A stretch of 17,827 nucleotides of DNA from a virus (taxonomy: Duplodnaviria > Heunggongvirae > Uroviricota > Caudoviricetes), in IMG/VR virus record IMGVR_UViG_2563366903_000004; one strand, given 5' to 3'. Positions 1-7,693 of the stretch are shown one piece after another. The position numbers and the translations under genes were made by a program. Positions within the stretch are counted from its first letter, which is position 1, and each line of letters opens with the position of its first letter. Under the pieces are notes generated by a model. The model was not told where the DNA came from, did not search any database, and saw only the letters and a program-made list of their open reading frames with translations.

Positions 1-247
1 CACGCTCAATGGCGTTAACCCGGTCGCATTTTCCCTTCGACAGCTTCATGCCAGGAATAACAGGCTTACCATCCACCCGGGTGGCTCCACGGCAGATGGT
101 CCAGATCCCCGCACCATCACGGTATGCCATGGTGTGGTTACCTTCTTTTTCGTCAAGAAACTGGTCGAGGATTTCAGGCGCAGACGCCCCTGCACCAATC
201 AGCGCCAGAACGGCAGCCGACAGGCCGTATCTGATTTTTGCGTTCAT
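1..247 (-). CDS. R: Endolysin (phage lysozyme, SAR-type), partial; 3' end lies beyond window start
   Basis: Minus-strand ATG at 245-247 with an in-frame stop 3 codons upstream; translation MNAKIRYGLSAAVLALIGAGASAPEILDQFLDEKEGNHTMAYRDGAGIWTICRGATRVDGKP... has a hydrophobic N-terminal signal-anchor-release segment followed by a lysozyme-like motif; recalled similarity to Qin-type prophage lysozyme RrrQ; sits downstream of a pinholin. Not in the ORF track because it is edge-truncated. Confidence 0.7.
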   Translation of the reverse strand, partial: MNAKIRYGLSAAVLALIGAGASAPEILDQFLDEKEGNHTMAYRDGAGIWTICRGATRVDGKPVIPGMKLSKGKCDRVNAIER

Positions 248-335
248 GGATATTTATCAGGATTTATCGGTTCCGAATCCCTGGATATGTTAAGTCTTCA
301 GCCCGCCAGTGGTGGGCACTGGCGTAAACTCAACA

Positions 336-548
336 ATGCGAGATGGCTGCCTCGCAAAGATAATCAAAGCAATGGATGCACTAAGTAAAAATAACGCTGT
401 GTCAGATTACCTGATCGCCGAAATGGAACATCTAATTAAAGAAATACCAAAGACAGTTGCTCGTGATGATAAAAGATTCCTCAAGGCTGCTGAAGATGCT
501 CTTTCAACAGTGAAGCGCAGCTTAGATGCGCCGCGCGATCAAGAATAG
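336..548 (+). CDS. Hypothetical small protein on opposite strand inside the lysis cassette (uncertain)
   Basis: ORF 309..548 (GTG at 309; first ATG at 336); helical-looking sequence MRDGCLAKIIKAMDALSKNNAVSDYLIAEMEHLIKEIPK...; no clear Shine-Dalgarno; overlaps the 3' end of the convergent 481..945 ORF. Confidence 0.2.
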   Translation: MRDGCLAKIIKAMDALSKNNAVSDYLIAEMEHLIKEIPKTVARDDKRFLKAAEDALSTVKRSLDAPRDQE

Positions 549-945
549 TTTCTTTCATTTCATCTGCTGCAAGCACCTCATTTTTTGTTGGGGTGCTTTT
601 TTTCAATTCAGCGATATAGCACTCCAGTTTTTCAATGCGTGATTCAATATCATCGTTTTCTGACCGCAATGCCGTCGGTGGCGTCTTCAGAGAACCAGTA
701 ATTATTCCCGGTAGTTTTCCTCTGTAGGTTATCAACACATCCTGCGCCTCTAAAATTATGGGGCGCTTTTCCGGCGACTGCTCATCCCCTTCACATAAAG
801 CGGCAGCAATATCCATGAAAAACTGCTTCGCCTGTTTTTTCGCCTCAGCTTCGTAAAACTCCAGCGTGGCACCTTCAGTACGGTCAAGACTAATCGCCAC
901 ATATGGCAACAACAGTGACGGATACCCACCAATTTCCAGTGCCAC
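481..945 (-). CDS. Hypothetical protein between holin and endolysin (position equivalent to ydfR in Qin-type lysis cassettes)
   Basis: 154-aa ORF with a GTG start (plus 943-945 is cac); codon usage looks coding; same strand as the flanking lysis genes; no recognisable catalytic motif. The true start may be an internal ATG (e.g. at 816). Confidence 0.45.
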   Translation of the reverse strand: MALEIGGYPSLLLPYVAISLDRTEGATLEFYEAEAKKQAKQFFMDIAAALCEGDEQSPEKRPIILEAQDVLITYRGKLPGIITGSLKTPPTALRSENDDIESRIEKLECYIAELKKSTPTKNEVLAADEMKETILDRAAHLSCASLLKEHLQQP

Positions 946-1015
946 AGTAGCAGTAATCTTATCCGGGTAATTATTTATCCCTTTAACAACCAGTTTGTAT
1001 TATTTATTCATCGCC

Positions 1016-1231
1016 TTACTCTCCCCGCGCTGCCTTACGACGGTCCTCTCTGATTTTGAAATACAGGTTAGTCAGATATGTCAGCAGCCCAAACAGCAGA
1101 CTCCCCAGCACGCCTATTGCCGCCCACTGAGACGGGGAAACCCTGTCCAGCAACTGCAGGAACCAGTAGCCCGTTCCCACCGCTGACGTGGTGTATGACA
1201 CACCTGTTGTGATTTTTTCCATCTGGTACAT
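1016..1231 (-). CDS. S: Holin, class II pinholin (S21/EssQ-like), dual-start motif
   Basis: 71-aa [74 protein letters not shown]; Met1/Met4 dual start typical of holin/antiholin pairs; two transmembrane segments; near-identical to recalled phage 21 S / E. coli EssQ. Confidence 0.85.
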   Translation of the reverse strand: MYQMEKITTGVSYTTSAVGTGYWFLQLLDRVSPSQWAAIGVLGSLLFGLLTYLTNLYFKIREDRRKAARGE

Positions 1232-1306
1232 ACCCCGTCTCCCGTACTCGGAAGCTCACAACAACAAAAGGGCCACCAGCTCTTTACTGATGACCCTGAC
1301 TCACCG

Positions 1307-1597
1307 TTACAGCATTGTGCCCGATTCTGGCTGTGTGTCTGTCATATCCGTCACCGGTGGCTCCGGCTGAATATCACCATTTTCCGTGGTGACATCTTCC
1401 GCCTGTGGTTCCGGAAGCAGTTCCGGGGATGGTTCCGGCTGTGCACCAAGCAATTCATCCAGAATGGCATCCACTTCTGCATCAAGACGCGCCTCAAGGT
1501 TCTGCCGAAGTTGCTGTTTCAGTGCGCTCCGGACTTCTTCAGAGCGCAGGACTTCCTTCACTGCCTCAGCAGTGACCAGCGATTTTATTTCTGACAT
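1307..1597 (-). CDS. Hypothetical acidic protein (96 aa)
   Basis: Internal ATG at 1597 of ORF 1307..1771 gives MSEIKSLVTAEAVKEVLRSEEVRSALKQQLRQNLEARLDAEVDAILDELL...; start chosen so that it does not overlap the upstream 64-aa gene; weak RBS. Confidence 0.4.
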   Translation of the reverse strand: MSEIKSLVTAEAVKEVLRSEEVRSALKQQLRQNLEARLDAEVDAILDELLGAQPEPSPELLPEPQAEDVTTENGDIQPEPPVTDMTDTQPESGTML

Positions 1598-1622
1598 AGG
1601 ATTTTCTCGTTGAAAGGGGTTA

Positions 1623-1817
1623 TTAAGAAGGTTGTTCCGGAATGAGTGGGGCTTCTGTTTTTGCTCCGGCTGACTGACTGGCGCTGATTTTCTCTGCGGC
1701 CCTTTTATCAATCTGCCTGCGCCAGAAATCGCGCACTGCCCTGTACCCACCCGAAAGAAGATACAGCACACAGACCGCCGTACAGAAGTACAGCATCACC
1801 TGATGAACAAATGTCAT
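1623..1817 (-). CDS. Small membrane protein (64 aa)
   Basis: ORF with ATG at 1815-1817; hydrophobic N-terminus (VMLYFCTAVCVLYLLSGG) followed by a basic tail; lies between the nanS-p-like gene and the holin on the late strand. Confidence 0.4.
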   Translation of the reverse strand: MTFVHQVMLYFCTAVCVLYLLSGGYRAVRDFWRRQIDKRAAEKISASQSAGAKTEAPLIPEQPS

Positions 1818-1914
1818 AGTTTCTTACCGTTATGGTTGACAATGAGAACTGTTTTCATTTAAAAAACCGATATACGAAAGCATCTTTTCTTTACATTCTC
1901 CATTGGGATTACCT

Positions 1915-1951
1915 CCGCCAGCTTCCGTTCCTGCCGCTGGCGGTTTTTTTT
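1915..1951 (+). terminator. Plus-strand intrinsic terminator abutting the nanS-p-like 3' end
   Basis: CCGCCAGC ... GCTGGCGG 8-bp GC stem (13-nt loop) followed by eight T on the plus strand; on the minus strand it follows the esterase stop codon but lacks a U tract. Confidence 0.5.
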
Positions 1952-1956
1952 GCCGG

Positions 1957-3939
1957 TTATGATGATGCCCGGCTTTCGTTAACTTTGACTGTGACCGTAT
2001 CAAGCAGTACCGGATACGTCGCTTTTGCCCCCGTGATATCTGTCAGCGTCAGCGTATCTGCTGTAAAGCCATCATTTGTCCACATCACCAGGTCAAACGC
2101 AGACTGCTCTGTATCATCAATCACCGGCACCACTTTTTCGCTGTTATTTCCCGCAAAGCGGAAAACAACTGTATGCCAGTTATGGTCAAATGCCCCAAAT
2201 GTGCCCAGTTGCGCATTCGACTCCCCCTTGTGGTACATCAGATTCAGATTTGATGCATCCGTCTGAAGGAAGAAGGACGCCAGCATGCTGTTTGCTGTCG
2301 CGCCTGACGCCCACTGCGACACCGGCCAGTACAGACCAAAGACAAACTGACCGTTAACCAGTTCGACACCCTCCGGGATCTTAAACCGCACGGCAATTTC
2401 ACCTCCCTTACTGAGAAGATTTTTTGCCTCCTCCACCGCAACAGTACGGAACATCTTCCAGGAGGTCAGTTTACCCGGCTGTTTTTCCAGTCGCAGCGCC
2501 TTCCTGCCACTGTCATCCGTCACAGTGCCTTTACCACCGGACGCATTCCACTGCTGCTCTGTCCATACACCACTGCCACTGTTCGCATCATATCCGGCCA
2601 CCATTCTTGTTACGGCTTCAGTATGACCGCCTGCAGAAGTACCTGCACCCTGCTGTTGCGTCGGACCCGCAGAGCCAGACTGTGCATCCCCCGTGGAGGC
2701 TGGCGTGGTCGCCAGCGGTGCAGACTGCCCGCTCAGGAACGGCAGCAAACGCCCGGCTCGCACCAGTATCTCTCCTGCCAGCCGATCTGAAACAATGCCT
2801 CTTCGCGCCCAGGAGCTGAAGTGCGTTTTACGATCGGCTGTCGTCCAGTTACCATTACTGCGTGACGCGGCACCATAGTATCCCGCCGTGATAATGTCCG
2901 GATCTTCTGACGGCTCGTTTGTCGGCACATTCGCACCATGCTCATCCGTCATCAACGGCACAAAGTGAATATTCTGCGCCGCCTTGCCTTTATAGCCTCC
3001 GTAAACCGCCTCATACTGCACTGCATACTTCGCCTTCCAGTCGTACGTGGTGTCACCGCAAATCCACGGGACGCCGGACGTTGTCCCGCCAATACACTGG
3101 TCTGCAATATCTGCCAGGTCTGCACGGTATTTATTTACCATGGCAAGAAAAAGTGCATTGTGCTCTGCATGTCTCCCCGAACTGACATCTTTTTCCCCCT
3201 GCATCCAGATCACCGACAACAGCACGTTTTTCGGATTTTTCTTCAGGGCCGCACGGGTTCTGCTGACCAGGTCATGATACAGCGGTTTATCCGCCCCCCA
3301 CAGGGACGAGCCTGCGGTCGCTCCCGACGCTTCGTTAAACGCCCCCTCGGCCCCCGCAGTAAATCCCGAATCGCCACGGCCACATGGAACAAGAAGGATA
3401 CCCGCATTCGCAGGCATAAACGGCAGCAGCTTTTTGGCAACATGCAGAGCATGCCCCACACAACCGTACTGCCCTTTATTGAGGTCTGCTTTCGGGTGAT
3501 TCAGATTACTCACGTCCTGCACATCATGCAGACAGTGGTCTGCCGGAATGATGTCGTTATATTTACAGGCGGCACCACCCGGCGTCACCGTACTGCGACG
3601 CGCCAGCTGTTTAATACGCGGGTCCGGACGGTCATATGTCTCCGGCAGCGGCAGCCCTTCACCAAAAGACATTGAGTTTGACTGCCCCGCCAGAACAACA
3701 ACAAAGTAATACTCCGGTTCGCTGGTGGTGCTGATAACTGTGCCTTCTCCATCCGACGGCTTCACCACCACAGGTGTGGTGACATCACCTTCCGCCGCAA
3801 TGGCCTGCATCAGGGTATAAGGCGTGATGGCGACAGGGCTGCCAAATGGCTGCCACCCCTCCTTCAGTTTTTGTGTCAGTCGCTCCGCAAGGTCTGACGG
3901 CGATGCCGCCCTGACAACATCATAGTGTTTAAATGCCAT
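1957..3939 (-). CDS. nanS-p: Prophage sialate O-acetylesterase, NanS-p-like (SGNH hydrolase family)
   Basis: 665-aa ORF 1957..3954; GQSNSMSFGEG matches the SGNH/GDSL active-site block; recalled similarity to the large esterase gene found downstream of stx in EHEC lambdoid prophages; the second Met (ATG at 3939, preceded by GGTGGAAAG) is the more likely start. Confidence 0.75.
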   Translation of the reverse strand: MAFKHYDVVRAASPSDLAERLTQKLKEGWQPFGSPVAITPYTLMQAIAAEGDVTTPVVVKPSDGEGTVISTTSEPEYYFVVVLAGQSNSMSFGEGLPLPETYDRPDPRIKQLARRSTVTPGGAACKYNDIIPADHCLHDVQDVSNLNHPKADLNKGQYGCVGHALHVAKKLLPFMPANAGILLVPCGRGDSGFTAGAEGAFNEASGATAGSSLWGADKPLYHDLVSRTRAALKKNPKNVLLSVIWMQGEKDVSSGRHAEHNALFLAMVNKYRADLADIADQCIGGTTSGVPWICGDTTYDWKAKYAVQYEAVYGGYKGKAAQNIHFVPLMTDEHGANVPTNEPSEDPDIITAGYYGAASRSNGNWTTADRKTHFSSWARRGIVSDRLAGEILVRAGRLLPFLSGQSAPLATTPASTGDAQSGSAGPTQQQGAGTSAGGHTEAVTRMVAGYDANSGSGVWTEQQWNASGGKGTVTDDSGRKALRLEKQPGKLTSWKMFRTVAVEEAKNLLSKGGEIAVRFKIPEGVELVNGQFVFGLYWPVSQWASGATANSMLASFFLQTDASNLNLMYHKGESNAQLGTFGAFDHNWHTVVFRFAGNNSEKVVPVIDDTEQSAFDLVMWTNDGFTADTLTLTDITGAKATYPVLLDTVTVKVNESRASS

Positions 3940-4132
3940 GGTTCTTTCCACCATCTGAAAAATAATTCTTTAAAATACCTGACATGTAATACAGAAAAAA
4001 CACAAAACCATACCTTAAATAAAAACCTCATCATCAAGCAGATATGCATGGGTAAACTACAAGACGAGATATAAACCACCCTGCATTTAAATAAACAATA
4101 AACAACATCAGAAAAATAATTCTGCTCTATGG

Positions 4133-4159
4133 TTTACATTCAAAAATATCATTTATACT
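4133..4159 (+). promoter_or_regulatory. Putative sigma70 promoter for the AT-rich moron gene
   Basis: TTTACA (4133-4138), 15-bp spacer, TATACT (4154-4159), ~40 nt upstream of the 4200 ATG; spacer length is suboptimal. Confidence 0.3.
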
Positions 4160-4199
4160 TTTCAGAACATCACCAGCAAGACATAAACAAGGAAACTAA

Positions 4200-4535
4200 A
4201 TGAAGTGGATTGTGATTGATACAGTTATCCAGCCATCATGCGGAATATCTTTTTCAGTCATATGGAGTAAAATAAAATTAATAATCTGGTATCAATCGGA
4301 TGCTTTCTTACCTCCTGAAAGTATATTTACACTGACTCACACAGGTATCATGCTCAATAACAAAGTGCTACCTGTAACCATTTACAACGTAGTACCATTC
4401 AATAAAAAATTCTGGAATTTAATCAAAAACAGCCAGGAATGCCCTACAAATACAGATAACGTATTGAATGAATGCTTTAATAACCGTTGCACTCTGCAAA
4501 TATGTCCTTATGGACTAAAACAACAAAGTCCATAA
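4200..4535 (+). CDS. Hypothetical protein (111 aa) in an AT-rich opposite-strand moron
   Basis: ATG at 4200 preceded by AAGGAAA; AT-rich composition unlike flanking phage DNA; Cys-containing, no obvious signal peptide; stop codon sits inside a perfect 12-bp inverted repeat (4505..4538). Confidence 0.4.
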   Translation: MKWIVIDTVIQPSCGISFSVIWSKIKLIIWYQSDAFLPPESIFTLTHTGIMLNNKVLPVTIYNVVPFNKKFWNLIKNSQECPTNTDNVLNECFNNRCTLQICPYGLKQQSP

Positions 4536-4552
4536 GGAGTTTACTCACATCT

Positions 4553-4590
4553 GACAAAATCAATATAAACAGCCCCTCCGGAGAGGGGCT
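4553..4590 (-). terminator. Intrinsic terminator-like hairpin downstream of the GC-rich structured region
   Basis: Perfect 8-bp stem AGCCCCTC-cgga-GAGGGGCT (4571-4590), followed on the minus strand by a U-rich tail GUUUAUAUUGAUUUUG. Confidence 0.5.
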
Positions 4591-4830
4591 GGAGAGTGGC
4601 GCTATGTGCCATTGCATGGTGCCGGGTGCCTCCCGGTGAGTTCAGTATCAGCACCTGAACCCGCACAGAAAGGATAAGGGTCGGTGACAAAACACCAGTT
4701 GCTGATTGCCCCTCCGCACAGGGGGATTCACCATGCCAGTTTCTTTTAACAAACTCCCCGCAAACCAGACAACAGTCAACCGCCTGAATTGTGAGGCATT
4801 TAAAAATTTCAACGGGTAACTGATACCCTG

Positions 4831-4983
4831 CTAATCGCCTGATGCTTTCTTTTTCAGCAACGGGAAAGCAACAACCACCACACCCGCCACCAGCACACCG
4901 TCAGCCAGCACTGACATTATCCGGCTGCTGAAGTCCACCATCACCACCAGAAACAGCAGGAGCGCAACCACAGCCAGACGCAT
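4831..4983 (-). CDS. Small hydrophobic peptide (50 aa), possible membrane protein
   Basis: Hand-translated minus ORF MRLAVVALLLFLVVMVDFSSRIMSVLADGVLVAGVVVVAFPLLKKKASGD; starts 9 nt downstream of the TerB-like stop; below the ORF-track size cutoff; weak RBS. Confidence 0.25.
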   Translation of the reverse strand: MRLAVVALLLFLVVMVDFSSRIMSVLADGVLVAGVVVVAFPLLKKKASGD

Positions 4984-4991
4984 TTTTACCG

Positions 4992-5423
4992 TCACAGATG
5001 ATTCTCCAGACGAAGGCCCAGGACACCGGCAATCTCTTCCAGCACCTTGCGCTCTTCCGGCTCTATTTCGCCGTCTGCTTCGGCAATGGCCACCGCCACA
5101 TCCAGCACGTCTTCCGCTTCACGCGTATCGTGTTTCACATCCTCGATCTCACGTAACGCCGCTCGACGACCAATTTTAAAGTTCGTATCCAGCTGACCGA
5201 TAATGGTTGCGCTAATCGCATTAATTTCTGACGTAAACGCGGACAACGCAGGCTGGTTACGCAAGACCTGCTCGATCTTCGCTTTCTCTGAAGCCTCACA
5301 TTCACCATCTGCATAGGCCACCAGATAGGCAGCATTAATAACCGCCTGTGCCAGATCACGTTTCTCAAACTTTTTAATTTCCACTGCCGCTCGGCGGGCT
5401 TTTTTACCAAAAATACCAAACAT
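4992..5423 (-). CDS. TerB-like (tellurite-resistance family) protein
   Basis: Internal ATG at 5423 of ORF 4992..5495, with AAGGAA 7 nt upstream; MFGIFGKKARRAAVEIKKFEKRDLAQAVINAAYLVAYADGECEASEKAKIEQV... has the acidic/helical pattern of TerB-like proteins (recalled, not searched). Confidence 0.5.
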   Translation of the reverse strand: MFGIFGKKARRAAVEIKKFEKRDLAQAVINAAYLVAYADGECEASEKAKIEQVLRNQPALSAFTSEINAISATIIGQLDTNFKIGRRAALREIEDVKHDTREAEDVLDVAVAIAEADGEIEPEERKVLEEIAGVLGLRLENHL

Positions 5424-5554
5424 CGTGACGTTCCTTTGGGTGGGTGAGCCAACGCCCGGGAGCGATCTGCCCACAGAGAAAGTCACACTGACCACTCCGT
5501 AAGCTCACCCCCGAAAGGCTCTGTGGTTGATATGCGCCGGGCGTGGCGCAGATA

Positions 5555-5580
5555 CAAAAAAAGCCCGCCGAAGCGAGCCT
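5555..5580 (-). terminator. tR'-like intrinsic terminator downstream of Q
   Basis: Minus strand GGCTCGC-ttcg-GCGGGCT hairpin followed by seven T; ~150 nt downstream of the Q stop; a second GC palindrome (TGCGCC-N6-GGCGCA, 5532-5549) lies just beyond it. Confidence 0.6.
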
Positions 5581-5591
5581 GATAATAAATC

Positions 5592-5670
5592 TGGAGCGGG
5601 TAGCGGGAATCGAACCACGATAAGAAGGTTAACAGCCTTCCGTAATGACCTTTATACGACTGACCCAAAT
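5592..5670 (-). pseudogene. Degenerate tRNA-like element (tRNA relic) between Q and tR'
   Basis: Minus strand has a canonical T-arm/3' end (GGTTCGATTCCCGCTACCCGCTCCA) and a perfect anticodon stem-loop GAAGG-CTGTTAA-CCTTC (anticodon GTT) with a D-loop-like AAAGGTCA, but acceptor and T stems do not pair, so it is not an intact tRNA. Confidence 0.3.
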
Positions 5671-5729
5671 AAAAAAAGCCACCGTTGCAACTTAAGAGTC
5701 ACTAACGGCAGCTTACCCTCTAATTATGG

Positions 5730-6248
5730 CTAAATGGCTAATTGCATGTCAAGGCTTTTAACAGCAACATGCTTAACTTTCTCAACACGTTTACGCATTT
5801 TGAAAGCATTTTGCATTGGTTGGTACAAAACAAATAATGACGCTTTCAGGATATCGTCAATTTCGTTTCTACAGGTTGCCAGTGAAGGTTTTCTCCATCC
5901 CTCGCCACCGCGTCCACACATCTTGCGTGGCTTTGCAGTCGCGTGATAGTAGGATGCAATTGCTCTCTTAGATGAACCATGAGCGTAGTAGCTGAGGAGG
6001 ATGCCAAAGGCTTTCTTGTCAATGTACATGACGGAATCGACGACCTGAGAAATCAACATTCCATCATCATCATTACACATTGGTCTTGTCATAACTCTTC
6101 CCGGCTCTACGCTCTCCATGAACTTCGCTATTACGCTGCTCATGCGCTTTTCCAGACGACCTGAATAAACCCATGCGCCCCACAGTTCAAGCCAGCCATT
6201 CAGCCAATCGTGCTGTTCTTTGGTGAGGTTTAGTTCTCTTATGCCCAT
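5730..6248 (-). CDS. Q: Late-gene antitermination protein Q
   Basis: 172-aa ORF containing WGAW...C.DDD...LL.YY motifs recalled from lambdoid Q antiterminators; directly downstream of ninG and upstream of a tR'-like terminator. Confidence 0.75.
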   Translation of the reverse strand: MGIRELNLTKEQHDWLNGWLELWGAWVYSGRLEKRMSSVIAKFMESVEPGRVMTRPMCNDDDGMLISQVVDSVMYIDKKAFGILLSYYAHGSSKRAIASYYHATAKPRKMCGRGGEGWRKPSLATCRNEIDDILKASLFVLYQPMQNAFKMRKRVEKVKHVAVKSLDMQLAI

Positions 6249-6291
6249 GCGACTTCTCCCTTGTTATCTGGAATGGTTTTTACTGAGAGCG

Positions 6292-6897
6292 TCATGCGGC
6301 CTCACTTCTGCTGTTTCGCAGGTCTTTGAGTTTCTGTTGGTACTCTGCCTTGATGGCCCTGCACTCTTCGACAGTCCAGCGATGGCGGTTATGGTTTGAT
6401 TCGATTTCGTCTACTGCTTCCTGCCCGATGCGGCTAATCAGTTCGACGCGATACGGAACGAGATTTCCGCTTTTGTGCTGGTTGCACACCACGCATTGCT
6501 TGTGAATATTGCGTTCATCAAATCGGAGTTGAGGTGCCGCAGCAGTTGTCCGGTAATGTCCGGCATCCCACTGAGCAGACGTGAGCGTTCCGCACGAGAT
6601 ACATGGTAAGTCGCGGTCTCTTTCTCTGATGAAGGCGTTTACGGCTTGTTGGGCTTGTTTAATCCAGTAACTGCGGGGCTTTAAGGCGAGTTTTCGAATC
6701 TTCAGTTTATCTTTCTGTTTCTGCTCCTCTCGTCGTCGTTTCTTCTCTGCTGCTTTTTCCGCTTTTTCGCGTTCTTTACTTCGTCGTTCGAGTGCTAATT
6801 GAGTTCCGTGTTCCGGGCAGCACCACCACTGATTTGAGAATGCCGGGTGAAACCATTCTTTGCATATTTTGCATTTCCTTCGCGCTGGTTTAGCCAT
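6292..6897 (-). CDS. ninG: NinG/Rap recombination-associated endonuclease
   Basis: 201-aa [107 protein letters not shown]... is near-identical to recalled lambda NinG. Confidence 0.9.
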   Translation of the reverse strand: MAKPARRKCKICKEWFHPAFSNQWWCCPEHGTQLALERRSKEREKAEKAAEKKRRREEQKQKDKLKIRKLALKPRSYWIKQAQQAVNAFIRERDRDLPCISCGTLTSAQWDAGHYRTTAAAPQLRFDERNIHKQCVVCNQHKSGNLVPYRVELISRIGQEAVDEIESNHNRHRWTVEECRAIKAEYQQKLKDLRNSRSEAA

Positions 6898-7625
6898 TAA
6901 GCAGCCTCCCCTGTTACTTTCAGCATTCCGTTATCGAGCAGCTTTCTGGTCAGCCACTGTTGACCACGTCCGGTGATTTTTGTGGTGAACGATATCTGTA
7001 TTCCGTGATTTGTGTTGACCGCTGTTTCTTTCACTGTGAAATAGCCGCGCTCCATATATTCCTGCATTGGCACATTTCGCCGGGAACCTGAAGCGATAAG
7101 GATTTTGTGATCGCGCATCCACGCAAACAGTTTGTTTGGACCAATTCCAACAACCTTTGCATAGTTTCCAATCAAAATTCCGCTGGCCTCGCCAACGCGA
7201 TCGGCAAACTCAACTTTAGGTGCTGCGAGAGCAAGCTGTTTCTCCAGTTCAGCCTTCTGGTCTTCAAGGTCGGCCGCAAGGCGCAATGCCTCAGAAAAGG
7301 TTTGTGGTATTTTCGCGGTTGCCCCTTCGAGTTCTCGCCAACGGTCAACAAGACGAGCGGTGAATTCCGGCGACAACTGAGCGACGACAATAATGCTGTC
7401 TCGCTTACCTTGTTCGCCTTCGAATATATACACGCTTGTGAATTTGTTAGGGCTAATTGTTTGTTTATTTTCAACTTTTTGCATTGGAGGAAGTTGAATC
7501 ACCCCACGCTTTGCCAGACGTTCTATTGATATTCTGACATTACCGTGTTGGCTTCCCACCAACTCAGCGATTTCAATGCTTGTCATTTTGATGACGTTGC
7601 TATTTATCAGCTCATTCATTGTCAT
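6897..7625 (-). CDS. Phage antirepressor-like protein (Rha-type N-terminal domain plus KilAC/Ant C-terminal domain; Roi-like)
   Basis: 242-aa ORF; N-terminal segment [22 protein letters not shown] resembles Rha; C-terminal region resembles the antirepressor KilAC domain; its stop overlaps the ninG start by 1 nt (TAATG). An alternative start at Met3 (7619) has better SD spacing. Confidence 0.65.
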   Translation of the reverse strand: MTMNELINSNVIKMTSIEIAELVGSQHGNVRISIERLAKRGVIQLPPMQKVENKQTISPNKFTSVYIFEGEQGKRDSIIVVAQLSPEFTARLVDRWRELEGATAKIPQTFSEALRLAADLEDQKAELEKQLALAAPKVEFADRVGEASGILIGNYAKVVGIGPNKLFAWMRDHKILIASGSRRNVPMQEYMERGYFTVKETAVNTNHGIQISFTTKITGRGQQWLTRKLLDNGMLKVTGEAA

Positions 7626-7651
7626 GTCCTCTCATATTGAAAATTCAGCAA

Positions 7652-7675
7652 TAAAAAACCCAGCCGAAGCTGGGT
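7652..7675 (-). terminator. Intrinsic terminator between the ORF6N gene and the antirepressor gene
   Basis: Minus strand ACCCAGC-ttcg-GCTGGGT hairpin followed by TTTTTTATT; has A- and T-tracts on both sides, so may act bidirectionally. Confidence 0.65.
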
Positions 7676-7693
7676 TTGTTAAGTTGTCAATTG

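Noticed and set aside
995-1259. ORFs 995..1186 (+) and 1068..1259 (-) overlapping the holin gene
   Set aside because: Overlap a near-identical match to a known pinholin in other frames or strand; considered spurious.
2938-3675. 245-aa plus-strand ORF (and other plus-strand ORFs at 2076-2357, 2424-2819, 2919-3185) inside the nanS-p-like gene
   Set aside because: Antisense shadow ORFs of a long, well-supported minus-strand gene; Arg/His/Cys-rich low-complexity translations, no RBS.
5135-5452. 105-aa minus-strand ORF overlapping the TerB-like gene
   Set aside because: Alternative frame of the same DNA; Arg/Trp-rich; the TerB-like frame has the RBS and protein-like composition.
3955-5555. Shiga-toxin genes stxA/stxB expected between Q and the nanS-p-like gene
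   Set aside because: No ORFs of the right size (~319 and ~89 aa) or with A-subunit or B-subunit features on the late strand; the slot holds TerB-like, small-peptide and AT-rich moron sequences instead.
5592-5670. Intact tRNA gene
   Set aside because: T-arm, CCA end and anticodon loop are recognisable, but acceptor and T stems cannot be paired into a cloverleaf by hand; treated as a tRNA relic rather than a functional tRNA.
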